The position numbers and the translations under genes are program-made. Shown here one piece after another: positions 46,369 through 56,858 of a stretch of 64,000 nt of DNA. A model generated the notes under the pieces. That model worked only from the letters and a program-made list of their open reading frames with translations, ran no database searches and was not told where the DNA came from. Position 1 is the stretch's first letter, and every line of letters starts with the position of its first letter. This DNA is from a virus: IMG/VR virus record IMGVR_UViG_3300012663_000801, positions 1-64,000 of that record; one strand, written 5' to 3'.

Positions 46369-49275
46369 ATGAGAAGATTTCATGGATTGTATAAAAAGTT
46401 GATGGCGACATTATCTGAAGAGGTATGGCAACCATCGACTGTTATTGAGTTGGGGAATAAAAGAAAAAAATCAGATAGTGGATATTGCGAATATAACCCA
46501 TTAATCAATAAATTTGCCATGGAAAATTCCGATAACTTGGCAATGGTATTTGCATTTGTTTTCTATACTATTCAGACTGACTGGAACGTGGTTGTTGATA
46601 ATTTTCCCCATTTCATAAAATGGTTCTATACAGAAGCAGTTAAGAAAAAAGGTAATAAATTAATGGTTGATAGATCAGCTAAACCTCCGGGTATGGGTCA
46701 TATGATGACATCCCCTAGTAAAAAATATAATGGGTTGGCTAGTGAAAGATTACAAAATTTATATGAAGTTTATGACAATAGACATAAAATATATGAAAAT
46801 TTTGTTAAAAAAATTGATAATCCTAGAGAGTTATTCATCTATATTTTAAAAAATATAAAAGGCTTGGCAGCAGTAAAGGCTGGTTTCGTGGTTCAGTTGG
46901 TGACTGGTAGAATTGGTTGCATGGATAGTATAAATTCAAAAGTTTATACCGGAGATATTACCGGATTCAATCCGAGTTCTAAAATTTCTAAAAATAAAGC
47001 AGGAGACTTTTCACCGAATACTTTAAAAAAAATCGACCAATATATTGAATATGTCGATCCTCTGAGTCAAATACTTTGGGATGATTGGTGTGAAATCGTT
47101 GAAAGTAAATTATTATATGCAATCCTAAAACCAAAGAAAGATGAAAAGGAAAGAGGTGAGCATAAAGTCATAGGAACCAGATTTAAAGATAACGATAATG
47201 TTATGACGCAAACATCGTATCTTTTAAATAAAAGAAAAGGAAACGCTGATAGTATCGGAAAACACATTAAAAGATTGAATCAAGGTAAAGAAAAAGGTAA
47301 AGTTATATCTGGTGATCATTACAATGTTTTAAAGGACATAGAACAATACATGAGAAAAGAATCTTTCGATCAAGAATACGAGATGTTGATGCGTGAATAT
47401 GTGGAAGATTTCGATCAAAAATGGACTAAAGCTGTTGACGATTCTGAAGAACTTAGAGTCGCACTTGATCTGATGCAGCAAATCAAATCAAAATTAAAGG
47501 GTGAGATTTATATTGTTGGTGGAGTTCCCCGTGATTTGCTTATGGGAAACGCGATTGATGATGTGGATCTGGCTACCAACATTCCGGTTGAAGAGTTGGA
47601 GAAACATTTTGAATTGAGAAATATCTCCAAGAACGATTCACAACCAGTCTATGCTATTCTTTGGAAGGGATATGTGTATGATTTAGCGAAATTCAGAACA
47701 GACTCGGGTGACATCGGCAGACAAGCCAATGTTTCGACCGAGACAGATTCCTTTGAGAAAGATTCCGAGCGTAGGGATTTAACAATCAACTCCTTTGGAT
47801 TGGACGAGAATGGAAAAATCGTGGATTATCAAGGTGGTCTCGATGATTTGAAAAACAAAATCGTGCGTGCTGTCGGTGATGCCAAGAAAAGATTCTTGGA
47901 GGATGCGACGAGAATTCTTCGTGTTTTCCGTTTTGCCGCTAAAATGGATTTCGAAATTGAAGATAAAACCAAAAGAGCAGCAATTGAATTGAAACATTTG
48001 CTTCAAGATCCGAAGGCGATTTCCAAAGAAAGTATCTCAAAAGAATTTTACAAGTCTGCCAAGTCTGGTAGAACTCTCGCCAACTTCTTGAAGAAATTAC
48101 AGGACACGAAAATCCTACATGATATCCTTCCTGAATTTACGGAGATGGAAGGTTTCGATCACGATCCAGAGCATCATCCTGAAGGTGAATCCCAAGTATT
48201 GGGACACATCTATGAGTGTTTGAATGCTTCCCCATACAAAGATCCAGTGATTAATCTCGCAGTATTGTTCCACGATTTTGGCAAAGCCACTACAAGAGGA
48301 CGAAAAGATAATGGATTCAGTAGCTATCATGGACACGAAGCTGCTGGTGTTCCTATTGTCGAGAGAATATTCGAAAGATTGCGATTTGCCGAATTGTCTC
48401 AGCAAGATAAAAAGAACATCTTAGCGGCAGTGGATAAGCATATGCTTGTTCACAATATCGATAAACTCAATATCAAAACGTTGACAAAGTTAATTCAAAA
48501 TCCTGCATGGGAAACCATCAAAGCAGTTGGATATTGCGATGAAGCTTCTAGGGGATCTGGTCTCTTCAATGAAAAAGAATTTTGGGACAAGATCAAAAGG
48601 GCTGAAGAAAAAGTTGCCAATATTGGAGGTTCCGAAGATGAAACCAGAAAGAGACTCAAGCAATATTTCAGTGGTGATAAATTGATGAAATGGTTCCCAA
48701 TTCTTGTCAAAGATAAATCAAAATTCAGAGAAATCACATCAGCACTTCAAGAATATACTTTAGAAGAATTGAATGCTGGTAGAGAACCGAATGAAGCGGA
48801 GATGAAGACGATTGTTTCTGGTATTCTGAAAGGAAATCAATTTAATGAGTGGGTTGCTATGTTTGAATCTTCTTTAAGAAAGAATGAAACCCATTTACCA
48901 GAAAATCCATTTGCTGTATTCGTGGTCCACCAATTTCCAAATGGTAAAATAGCGGCGACCACTAGACCAAAAGATAGAATGAAAGATGATGAAGGTTTGT
49001 CTTATGGACTTCCGGGTGGTAAGGTAGATCCCGGCGAAGATCCCATGGAAGCAGCTATCAGAGAATCAAAAGAAGAAGGTTGGAAGGTTTCTGGATTGAC
49101 TCAAAAACATTCTGATATCGTTCAAGGTAAATTAGTGTGGTGGTATCACGCAAAATCTGCTACTCCTTTACGGGAATACAAAGAAAAATATCGTGGTATT
49201 AAACCAATTCAAATTGGTATGGATCAATTAAAAGGATTTGGGAACGAAATCGCTATTCCAAAATCATTGGAATAA
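46369..49275 (+). CDS. cca: fusion: HhH-like domain + CCA-adding enzyme with HD domain + Nudix
   Basis: VGGVPRD, DVDLAT, RRDLTINS, EDATRILR, HHPEG, FHDFGK; Nudix GGKVDPGEDPMEAAIRESKEEG; IKGLAAVKA..CMD. Confidence 0.85.
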   Translation: MRRFHGLYKKLMATLSEEVWQPSTVIELGNKRKKSDSGYCEYNPLINKFAMENSDNLAMVFAFVFYTIQTDWNVVVDNFPHFIKWFYTEAVKKKGNKLMVDRSAKPPGMGHMMTSPSKKYNGLASERLQNLYEVYDNRHKIYENFVKKIDNPRELFIYILKNIKGLAAVKAGFVVQLVTGRIGCMDSINSKVYTGDITGFNPSSKISKNKAGDFSPNTLKKIDQYIEYVDPLSQILWDDWCEIVESKLLYAILKPKKDEKERGEHKVIGTRFKDNDNVMTQTSYLLNKRKGNADSIGKHIKRLNQGKEKGKVISGDHYNVLKDIEQYMRKESFDQEYEMLMREYVEDFDQKWTKAVDDSEELRVALDLMQQIKSKLKGEIYIVGGVPRDLLMGNAIDDVDLATNIPVEELEKHFELRNISKNDSQPVYAILWKGYVYDLAKFRTDSGDIGRQANVSTETDSFEKDSERRDLTINSFGLDENGKIVDYQGGLDDLKNKIVRAVGDAKKRFLEDATRILRVFRFAAKMDFEIEDKTKRAAIELKHLLQDPKAISKESISKEFYKSAKSGRTLANFLKKLQDTKILHDILPEFTEMEGFDHDPEHHPEGESQVLGHIYECLNASPYKDPVINLAVLFHDFGKATTRGRKDNGFSSYHGHEAAGVPIVERIFERLRFAELSQQDKKNILAAVDKHMLVHNIDKLNIKTLTKLIQNPAWETIKAVGYCDEASRGSGLFNEKEFWDKIKRAEEKVANIGGSEDETRKRLKQYFSGDKLMKWFPILVKDKSKFREITSALQEYTLEELNAGREPNEAEMKTIVSGILKGNQFNEWVAMFESSLRKNETHLPENPFAVFVVHQFPNGKIAATTRPKDRMKDDEGLSYGLPGGKVDPGEDPMEAAIRESKEEGWKVSGLTQKHSDIVQGKLVWWYHAKSATPLREYKEKYRGIKPIQIGMDQLKGFGNEIAIPKSLE

Positions 49276-49282
49276 TGAAAAA

Positions 49283-49507
49283 TTAATCCTTATGCCATTT
49301 CTCCATCTTTGAATAATACTTAGGATCTTCCTCAACGTGTTGTTTGGAGATGGTTCTCGCTAATTTTTTACCTAATTTAGATTTACGTTTGGATGGTGCA
49401 ACGTGTTCTTTTTCCACGTTCTCACCTTTGGAGACTTCTGATTCGGGTAAATCCTTCTTCTCAACTTTCTTGAAGTAGTCATCAAAGAAATCTTGGAATT
49501 TTTTCAT
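49283..49507 (-). CDS. small late protein (DUF5661-like)
   Basis: G..VEKEH, H.EEDPKYYSK; start moved to 49507. Confidence 0.65.
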   Translation of the reverse strand: MKKFQDFFDDYFKKVEKKDLPESEVSKGENVEKEHVAPSKRKSKLGKKLARTISKQHVEEDPKYYSKMEKWHKD

Positions 49508-49511
49508 AATA

Positions 49512-50333
49512 TTATTTAAGTTCGTGTAACAAAGGATCGCTTGATGTGATGCGATGTTTCTTTCCTTCGTCATCCAAATAGATCACGGGATCGACGACAA
49601 AAATATTTCCATCATCATCCATCAATACGTTTTCATCGTGCATGTCTTCCACACGAATCCCTTTTTCTTGATTAATGTAATCATGCTGGGTTCCCGGAAT
49701 TTTTGAGTAACCCAAATTATTCATCAATTGTTCAACGTCTACAGGAGATGCGCCTTTAGTGGCACGAACATGTGGTTGTGAAATAACTGGCTGCAATTCG
49801 CCATGATTCATCACGAAACCTTCTAAAGCATAAGGAGCTTCAGGGAAAGCAGAATTATGGAGTGCTAATCTATAAAAGAATTCTAAATATGTGGTGTGGT
49901 AGGAGAGATTATTCCGCTTGAACCATCTCTGGGATTCTTCATCGAAATATACATTATTCTCTGCTTCCCCTTTTTCACCTTGCTGCTTCCATTTGCGATC
50001 AAATTCTTTGTTGTCCATCATTAGACCGACTTGTTCAGCCCAATGCTTCAGCCATTTTTCTTCTACGGGTTTGACCCGTTTGGACATCAGATTTCTCGCA
50101 GCGACTTTTTTCTTGTAATCTTTTTCCGCTGCGAACTCTGGGATCGAATCATCTCGTATTGATTCATGGCTTCTGTAAGCGACAGCGGTGGCAGCTTTGA
50201 GCTTTTTTCCACCTCTTCCAGAATAGCCTTGTTCCGCTCCAGATGGGATTCTGTCAGGAGTGTATTTTTCATATTGTTCATAAATTATTCTTAAAAAATT
50301 TTCAAGATTTATCAAATCTTTCTGTTTAAACAT
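49512..50333 (-). CDS. polyvalent-protein kinase-like domain protein
   Basis: GEAENNVY, LHN..FPE, SQPHV, DMHDENVL, VVDP. Confidence 0.7.
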   Translation of the reverse strand: MFKQKDLINLENFLRIIYEQYEKYTPDRIPSGAEQGYSGRGGKKLKAATAVAYRSHESIRDDSIPEFAAEKDYKKKVAARNLMSKRVKPVEEKWLKHWAEQVGLMMDNKEFDRKWKQQGEKGEAENNVYFDEESQRWFKRNNLSYHTTYLEFFYRLALHNSAFPEAPYALEGFVMNHGELQPVISQPHVRATKGASPVDVEQLMNNLGYSKIPGTQHDYINQEKGIRVEDMHDENVLMDDDGNIFVVDPVIYLDDEGKKHRITSSDPLLHELK

Positions 50334-50347
50334 ATTATTATTTAGGA

Positions 50348-51256
50348 TTAATCTTCATGATTCGTATTCTCGCTTAGTTTTTTACGATATCCATATTCTG
50401 CTACAGAAGGATATCCGCCTGTAACGTGTTTGATTTCTGAAGGATCGAAACCTCTGAATTCCCATACGATTTTCTTTTCATAAGGTGTCATTTTGAATCC
50501 AGTATGCGCTCTCATCAAAATATCTACGATATCATCGTGTGACAATTCTGGATGGATTCTACTTTTCAATTCCTTGACTTCTCCCAATTCGGTTTCTCTG
50601 TAATCATCTCCGTAGTGGTTGAATTTAGTTGAATCGGTAGCAGACCAGAATATATCACCCAAGTTGAAATATTTTTTCAAATTTTTGAGATCGTCTGGCT
50701 TCAAATCTCTTTCTCTACACCAAAAAACAATAACATCAACATCTTTTTTCAATGTTTTAGATGGAACTGAAAACCATATTCTCCCTGCTCTGGTATTTCG
50801 TCTAGTATCAGTAGCCATTCCAGCTTTCTGTTCTTTCGCAAAATATTCCAGATTGGAGGCATCCAATTTACCCAAAAATGACACACCATCATCTTTAAGA
50901 ATTTTCTTCGCATCTTTGATTTTGGTATTGACATACATCGACTTCAAATAACTCATCGTCGCTGGGAATGGGATGATATTCAATGCCGCAGCTAATTTAG
51001 TAAATGCTGAAAATATGTATGGGTGCGTTCCTTCTCTGTGATTGATAGTGCCAATCAATTCGGAATTATCTCCGATGAAGCAGAATGGTCTGGTGTTATC
51101 ATCGAAATTCTTAGAAATCCCATCAAATTCAAGTCTATCAGGACTTGATCGTGTTACTGGGATATTTACATTTTCGAATAAAACAACACCTCTCGCCGCT
51201 GCTCTTTCTTGAATAATTTGATTATATAAATCTCTAATTTTTAGATCATCTTTCAT
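50348..51256 (-). CDS. hypothetical protein
   Basis: 302-aa ORF; AGRIW. Confidence 0.75.
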   Translation of the reverse strand: MKDDLKIRDLYNQIIQERAAARGVVLFENVNIPVTRSSPDRLEFDGISKNFDDNTRPFCFIGDNSELIGTINHREGTHPYIFSAFTKLAAALNIIPFPATMSYLKSMYVNTKIKDAKKILKDDGVSFLGKLDASNLEYFAKEQKAGMATDTRRNTRAGRIWFSVPSKTLKKDVDVIVFWCRERDLKPDDLKNLKKYFNLGDIFWSATDSTKFNHYGDDYRETELGEVKELKSRIHPELSHDDIVDILMRAHTGFKMTPYEKKIVWEFRGFDPSEIKHVTGGYPSVAEYGYRKKLSENTNHED

Positions 51257-51542
51257 GGTTCCAAATATCTTCTATTGTTTTAAATTTTGTTATCAGTAAA
51301 TCCAAATTTTTGGAATGGAAATTACAGTCTATCGAAGTTTTTATAGTGTGTCTGTTGTTATTATTACAGAATGACAATTCGTAATTCAAATCACCCATTC
51401 CAGAAACGTGTTGAACTTCCATCACGAAAGTATCACACATGCCTGATGGAAGTGGACTTTGATTTTCAGAAAAAATAATATCCACTTCCGAATGATTTTT
51501 CGGAGCGTTCTCAATATATTCTTTAGGGTAAATTACTGTCAT
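51246..51542 (-). CDS. hypothetical protein
   Basis: coupled ORF. Confidence 0.6.
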   Translation of the reverse strand: MTVIYPKEYIENAPKNHSEVDIIFSENQSPLPSGMCDTFVMEVQHVSGMGDLNYELSFCNNNNRHTIKTSIDCNFHSKNLDLLITKFKTIEDIWNHER

Positions 51543-52141
51543 TATTTTAATTTCATGTATACAACAACCGTCTCAGCATCCTTGTGGATCACGCCATCAT
51601 CATCCACATAGTAGGAAATGCCATTGAAGATCGGATACGGCATGCTATCATCATTTTTGTCAGTGTCAATCACAAAACCATTTCTACTGTAAAGTTTGAA
51701 TAATTTAGTAGATTTGATATTACCGTTTTCATCTTGTTCAGCGAAACAATCCAAACGTCTCGCACCATTTTTAATCGCACTCTTTACGATGGCATCGCCC
51801 GAAGATTCCCCAGCAGAGAAAACAGAAACCAATTCATCTCCCTCTTTGAGGCAATATCCGCTGGTATTATTCGGACCAACGAAACATTCCATTTTTGAAT
51901 ATTCTTCTGGTTTGTAAATGGTGATATTATTTTTAATATCTTTGAAAAGCTCAGGATTATTGGATCGAGACTCATCAGCTTTCATGTAAGCATTGATGAT
52001 TTTATAAAATGATCTCCAATCAACCTTTTTAAATTTTTCAGAATCGTCGGAGGTGAGTCTTCTACTGATTTTTAATTGCTCAGGTGATAATTTGCCGATG
52101 TCTGAGAATGCTTCCCAAAAGAATTGATAAAATGTCTTCAT
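51542..52141 (-). CDS. GNAT-like protein
   Basis: ELVSVFS, AIKNGARRLDCF, LYSRNGF. Confidence 0.6.
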   Translation of the reverse strand: MKTFYQFFWEAFSDIGKLSPEQLKISRRLTSDDSEKFKKVDWRSFYKIINAYMKADESRSNNPELFKDIKNNITIYKPEEYSKMECFVGPNNTSGYCLKEGDELVSVFSAGESSGDAIVKSAIKNGARRLDCFAEQDENGNIKSTKLFKLYSRNGFVIDTDKNDDSMPYPIFNGISYYVDDDGVIHKDAETVVVYMKLK

Positions 52142-52302
52142 TCTATTATTTAACTATTTCGACGTTTTCCCAAAACATATTTGTCGAACATACATGGTCT
52201 GGGAACCCCATCATCTCCTTAAAATTCCAAGCTTCTATCAAATCATGAAATATACAATTAGCTACTATGTAGTATTCCACCATAACTATTTCAAATTCCT
52301 TT

Positions 52303-52581
52303 TTATTTTTCCAAATATTTGTCAATCACCATGGTCAGGTAATCAGCAAACCAACAAATGGAAGATGCATAGAACCCCCATAAAGGCATAAGCCAAGGGG
52401 TTCCACTCCAAAACATACCGAAGAAACATCCCACCCAAAATCCAAGACACATGCAACATTTAAATAATTTTTTGAAGAAATCATTTTTAGATAAATGCTC
52501 ACGAACAGGATTCAAGATTGACCCATATTTCAGAATCAAACAAGCACCAATTAAAACGAAAGATTGAAACCAAAGACTCAT
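52303..52581 (-). CDS. small membrane protein (DUF1360-like)
   Basis: CCMCLGFWVG plus hydrophobic helices. Confidence 0.65.
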   Translation of the reverse strand: MSLWFQSFVLIGACLILKYGSILNPVREHLSKNDFFKKLFKCCMCLGFWVGCFFGMFWSGTPWLMPLWGFYASSICWFADYLTMVIDKYLEK

Positions 52582-52775
52582 CCGAGAATAAGCTTTTGGT
52601 CATCAATCGTTTTAACACCATCGGAAATCAGAAGAGCTTCTTCCTTTTTCACTGTAATCTTGTTACCGAAATCGTCGGTAATTTCAACCATACCATTAGT
52701 AAGCTCTGTGACGACTGGACAACCTTTTCCCTTACAGCACAATTTAACACTATTATTCGATAATACTTTGATCAT
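52578..52775 (-). CDS. hypothetical protein
   Basis: CC...CPVV, ITDDFG; TAAATA upstream. Confidence 0.7.
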   Translation of the reverse strand: MIKVLSNNSVKLCCKGKGCPVVTELTNGMVEITDDFGNKITVKKEEALLISDGVKTIDDQKLILG

Positions 52776-52836
52776 ACTAATTTATTTATCCGAATTGTAG
52801 AAAAATCAACAAAGAAATGTGTCCGAATTTGGGAAC

Positions 52837-53421
52837 TTATTGTTCCCAAACAGAGACTGTCATACCTTTTCCTCTGGTGGCGGATTGGGTGTCGATGATT
52901 TCTTCTTCATCATAAAAAACAGATACCAGATAATCCATATCATTTGGTCCTTCGATTGTGTTGAATTTCAATTTGGATATTTCGAAATTATCAGTTTCAA
53001 TGTATCCTCCGAAAATTGTTCCCTTTTCATACGAATTGATTTCCATCATTCGATCTGGGCCTCGTAATGTCTCAGTAGATTCCAAACATTCGTATTCATC
53101 ATTGAATTCGATGAAGGATTTATTCAAAATTTCCACATCATCTTCTTCAATACAGATATCACAATTGTCGAAGTCAGGAGTGCTAGAATGGAATTCAATA
53201 AGTGGATTTTCATCCCAACTATAAATTTCATCATTCTCGACTAGCAAATTCATTTCATCTGGAATGTCACCCTGAAAATCTTCAGGGGACCAAATGTAAT
53301 CTGTGATTTCAAAATCCTCATCATCATTTTTCTTGAACCAATAAGAATATTGTTTGGGAGTGAGTCGCAGAATTACGGTTTCTACTCCATGACCATTTAG
53401 TGTAATTAGATATTTTTTCAT
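52837..53421 (-). CDS. acidic hypothetical phage protein
   Basis: G.G.E, EKG.IFGG, TRGKG. Confidence 0.75.
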   Translation of the reverse strand: MKKYLITLNGHGVETVILRLTPKQYSYWFKKNDDEDFEITDYIWSPEDFQGDIPDEMNLLVENDEIYSWDENPLIEFHSSTPDFDNCDICIEEDDVEILNKSFIEFNDEYECLESTETLRGPDRMMEINSYEKGTIFGGYIETDNFEISKLKFNTIEGPNDMDYLVSVFYDEEEIIDTQSATRGKGMTVSVWEQ

Positions 53422-53435
53422 TTTATATTATTATT

Positions 53436-53762
53436 TTAAGGTATTTCCATTGCAGCGTCAATCGCTTCGCGTAAAGTCTTTCGCGAAGTTGTTCCTTCTT
53501 TCGGAGTCCAAACTGACCAACGAGGATATTCTCCATTCATCGTAACAGTTGAAAGTCCGATATGCCGAAACCATGAAGAATTTTCTTCGAAAAAATCCAA
53601 ACGAATTTTATCGATATGATTATCGTGTTCTTCACGATCCCGATCACAATATTCGCAATCGTATTCTTGTTTATGTGTCCCTAAAACAACAGGGCAATCT
53701 TCATCACCGTATTTACAACCATGTCGAACGCAGCAATGTGATGTATGAACTCCAATATTCAT
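53436..53762 (-). CDS. Cys/His-rich hypothetical protein
   Basis: HCCVRHGCKYGDEDCPV. Confidence 0.7.
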   Translation of the reverse strand: MNIGVHTSHCCVRHGCKYGDEDCPVVLGTHKQEYDCEYCDRDREEHDNHIDKIRLDFFEENSSWFRHIGLSTVTMNGEYPRWSVWTPKEGTTSRKTLREAIDAAMEIP

Positions 53763-54434
53763 TTAATACCCCCAAGCTTTTAAAGTGTGTTCGAAAGGAT
53801 TGCCTTCGATGTTCTTCACCAATTCCAACATTTCAGCAGCGATTTCTCGGATCTCTTTTTGAGCATGTTCGCTGTTTCGCAGCTTCAAGAAATTGGCAAA
53901 CGAACGCATGTTAAACATTACATCAGCTTGAATTTGAGAATTGTAAGTCTTGAAGAATCGTGCGCTTTCTTTGGCACGTTTACGTCCAAGGATTGGAGTG
54001 AGATCCGCTAGACATGCGTGATATAGCATGTTACCTCTCTTGGTGTATTCTTCGAGTTGATCTAACCATTCAAACTGAGTCGGATTAAAAGTTAGTGGAT
54101 CGAGCACAGTTCCTTTAATACCTTCCCAATCTTCAGGCAAGTAATACTTGTCGTCCTTCAATTCTTTGTAGCGAGCACTCTCGGCATTCATGCTGCTGAT
54201 ACGATGCTTCAAAAGATGAATATGCGAAGCGATTTCTGTGTCAACAAGAAAGTGAACCATTCCTTTTTCGAACGGAGTGTGGTGTCCTTCGCTCCAGAGC
54301 ATATTGATAAGCTTTGGAATTCGTTCGCGTTTGTCGTCTGACAAATCACGAGAAGTGCTAGTCCAAGCTGAACAAGCGATAATTTCATCGCTCCCATAGT
54401 GTCCAATTAGGGATACTGTATTTTTATTACTCAT
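53763..54434 (-). CDS. thyX: FAD-dependent thymidylate synthase
   Basis: HHTPFE, KHRISSMNAESARY, LRNSEHAQKEIR. Confidence 0.95.
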   Translation of the reverse strand: MSNKNTVSLIGHYGSDEIIACSAWTSTSRDLSDDKRERIPKLINMLWSEGHHTPFEKGMVHFLVDTEIASHIHLLKHRISSMNAESARYKELKDDKYYLPEDWEGIKGTVLDPLTFNPTQFEWLDQLEEYTKRGNMLYHACLADLTPILGRKRAKESARFFKTYNSQIQADVMFNMRSFANFLKLRNSEHAQKEIREIAAEMLELVKNIEGNPFEHTLKAWGY

Positions 54435-54440
54435 ATATTT

Positions 54441-54833
54441 TTATTGTAGAACTTCAACCTTGACATCGGTAACGCCTTGCGATTTGAATCCAAGACGAGA
54501 CGCAACGCCGACTGTCACATCAATGACACGACCCTTGACATACGGTCCTCTGTCAGAGATTTTAACGATCTCGCTTTTACCATTACGAACATTGGTGACT
54601 TTTACCTTTGTTCCCATTGGAAGTGTTTTGTGCGCAGCCGTTGAGCTATTATTGTTCAAACGTTCACCGCTTGCGGTCTTGCTTCCTCTGTTGCAGAGAG
54701 TGGAATACCACGACGCTTTTCCAGTTTGAACTTGGATTTGTTTGCTTGATTTCGACGGTTTGCTGGCTGGATTCACAGCGGAGCAGCTGACCGAGAAAAT
54801 AAGAAGTAGTGCTGTTGTCAGTATTGTCTTCAT
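54441..54833 (-). CDS. rlpA: RlpA-like lytic transglycosylase (lipoprotein-like signal)
   Basis: GKASWY, TASGE, TAAHKTLP, DRGPY..RVID. Confidence 0.9.
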   Translation of the reverse strand: MKTILTTALLLIFSVSCSAVNPASKPSKSSKQIQVQTGKASWYSTLCNRGSKTASGERLNNNSSTAAHKTLPMGTKVKVTNVRNGKSEIVKISDRGPYVKGRVIDVTVGVASRLGFKSQGVTDVKVEVLQ

Positions 54834-54989
54834 ATCGGGGAGTATTTAAGCAGGTAAATTTGGTTTGTCAACCCCGAGAATCGATGAGATCTTCTGGATT
54901 ATTTTTTAATATAAAAGAATCGTATCACATTACCGATTGAATGTCAAGTATTTTTCTTAAAAATCCAAGATGGTAAATTAAATACATAT

Positions 54990-56417
54990 ATGGCTATCAA
55001 TTCTAATATCAACGCGAATCCCGCTATTGTTGACTACGGTAAATATGTGCAGATCGTTGATGATGCGAGATTTCCGAATATTAGTTCATATAATGGAACG
55101 CCTTTGACTCTGAGTGAATTTCCAAAATATGCGACGTTGACTTATAATGTTAATACATCTGATAACAGCGAACCTCAACCTATTGTAATTGTAGATCCTA
55201 CACGTTTTAATGGTAACTTCAATATGGCGAGCGATGCATTTGGTCGTGTTCGTATGTCTACACCACTAACTCTATTTGATTCATCTCACAGATACTCAGA
55301 CAACAACTTGTGGGCAACTCTAACTGCTGGCACGACTACAACATCTGCTTCTGCTTCATTTAATCAGACACAAGGATTGGTAGATTTGAGAGTTGATGCA
55401 TTGAGTGGTTCTAAGGTGTATAGAGAGACTAAAAAGGTATTCGCATATCAGCCCGGTAAGTCTCTTCAAGTTATGAACACTTTCACATTCAACGCAGATA
55501 AAACAAATCTTAGACAGCGTGTTGGATATTTTGGAAATGACAATGGTATTTACTTGGAGCTTGATGATTCAACACTATATATGGTTGAGCGTAGCATAAC
55601 GTCAGGATCACTCTCTTCGACTCGTATAGCGCAGGCCAATTGGAATGTTGATCCTCTTGATGGTTCTGGACCGTCTGGTTTGGTGCTAGATATTACAAAA
55701 GCTCAGATATTTTTCATGGATATTGAATGGCTTGGCCTTGGCACCGTTAGAACAGGTTTTGTTATCAACGGACAATTTGTGCCATGTCATTATTTTCATC
55801 ACGCAAATGTAATAGCATCAACGTATATTACAACAGCATCTTTGCCATTGAGATATGAAATAGAAAACAAAGCAGCTACATCTAGTCCTAGCTTATTGAA
55901 GCAAGTTTGTAGCACTGTTATATCCGAAGGTGGTTATGAGCTAAGAGGATTGCAACAAGCAGTTGGCACAGATATTGAAACTCCGAGAGATCTTGGTAAT
56001 GCTAGTGCATATATACCTGTTGTTTCAATTCGTTTAAGATCCATTAGGTTAGATGCTATTGTTATCTTAACAGCCCTATCAATAATGGGTGTTGGGACAG
56101 GTGTTTACAATTGGAGGGTTATTACAAGCGGTGTAACGAGTGGTGGTAGTTGGTTACCTGCTGCTGATAATTCAAGTGTTGAATATAACCTTACCGGGAC
56201 TAGCTTATCAGGAGGTCGCGTATTAGCTTCTGGCTTTTTAACTTCTAGCAATTCGACGACCATAACTACAGATATCTTGAAAGAAGCCTTGTTTAAATTT
56301 CAGTTGGAAAGAAATTCATTTACTAATACAGCTTACGAACTTACATTGGCTGTTGCTTCTAGGGATAATGGCGATGATGTTTATGCTTCAATGGATTGGG
56401 AAGAAGTATCCAGATAA
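54990..56417 (+). CDS. probable virion structural protein
   Basis: DAFGRVR, YQPGKS, EWLGLG.VR, SLPLRYEI; late promoter. Confidence 0.7.
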   Translation: MAINSNINANPAIVDYGKYVQIVDDARFPNISSYNGTPLTLSEFPKYATLTYNVNTSDNSEPQPIVIVDPTRFNGNFNMASDAFGRVRMSTPLTLFDSSHRYSDNNLWATLTAGTTTTSASASFNQTQGLVDLRVDALSGSKVYRETKKVFAYQPGKSLQVMNTFTFNADKTNLRQRVGYFGNDNGIYLELDDSTLYMVERSITSGSLSSTRIAQANWNVDPLDGSGPSGLVLDITKAQIFFMDIEWLGLGTVRTGFVINGQFVPCHYFHHANVIASTYITTASLPLRYEIENKAATSSPSLLKQVCSTVISEGGYELRGLQQAVGTDIETPRDLGNASAYIPVVSIRLRSIRLDAIVILTALSIMGVGTGVYNWRVITSGVTSGGSWLPAADNSSVEYNLTGTSLSGGRVLASGFLTSSNSTTITTDILKEALFKFQLERNSFTNTAYELTLAVASRDNGDDVYASMDWEEVSR

Positions 56418-56445
56418 TCGAAAATTTCAAGCACTAAATAATAAT

Positions 56446-56850
56446 ATGGGCGAATTAAATAAAAATGTTTTTCCAGACACCATTCAATTGGAGGATCTGG
56501 GTATTATCAAAGGAACTAGAAAATTTCGACTTTTGAAAGATTTTCGTTGTTTTTATAAAGGAAAATTAACAACGGTTCAAAAAGGATTCATCACCGATGG
56601 TATTTCTGCACCTAAATTTGCATGGCCAATTATTGGGCCATATGGACCAGCTTTCCCCGCTGCTTTAATTCACGATTGGTGCTTCTCACCTTTTAATAAA
56701 GAATATTCTTGGAAAGATACCAATTGGTTATTCTTGGAATTGATGAAAGAAGCTGGAGTCGGATTCGTGATGAGATGGACTATCTATTCTGCGGTTGTAG
56801 TTGGTTCATACCCATTATGGCTCAAAAGAATTGAAAGTTATGGTAACTAA
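56446..56850 (+). CDS. DUF1353-family protein
   Basis: GFITDG.S.P, AALIHDW. Confidence 0.8.
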   Translation: MGELNKNVFPDTIQLEDLGIIKGTRKFRLLKDFRCFYKGKLTTVQKGFITDGISAPKFAWPIIGPYGPAFPAALIHDWCFSPFNKEYSWKDTNWLFLELMKEAGVGFVMRWTIYSAVVVGSYPLWLKRIESYGN

Positions 56851-56858
56851 ATAATAAT

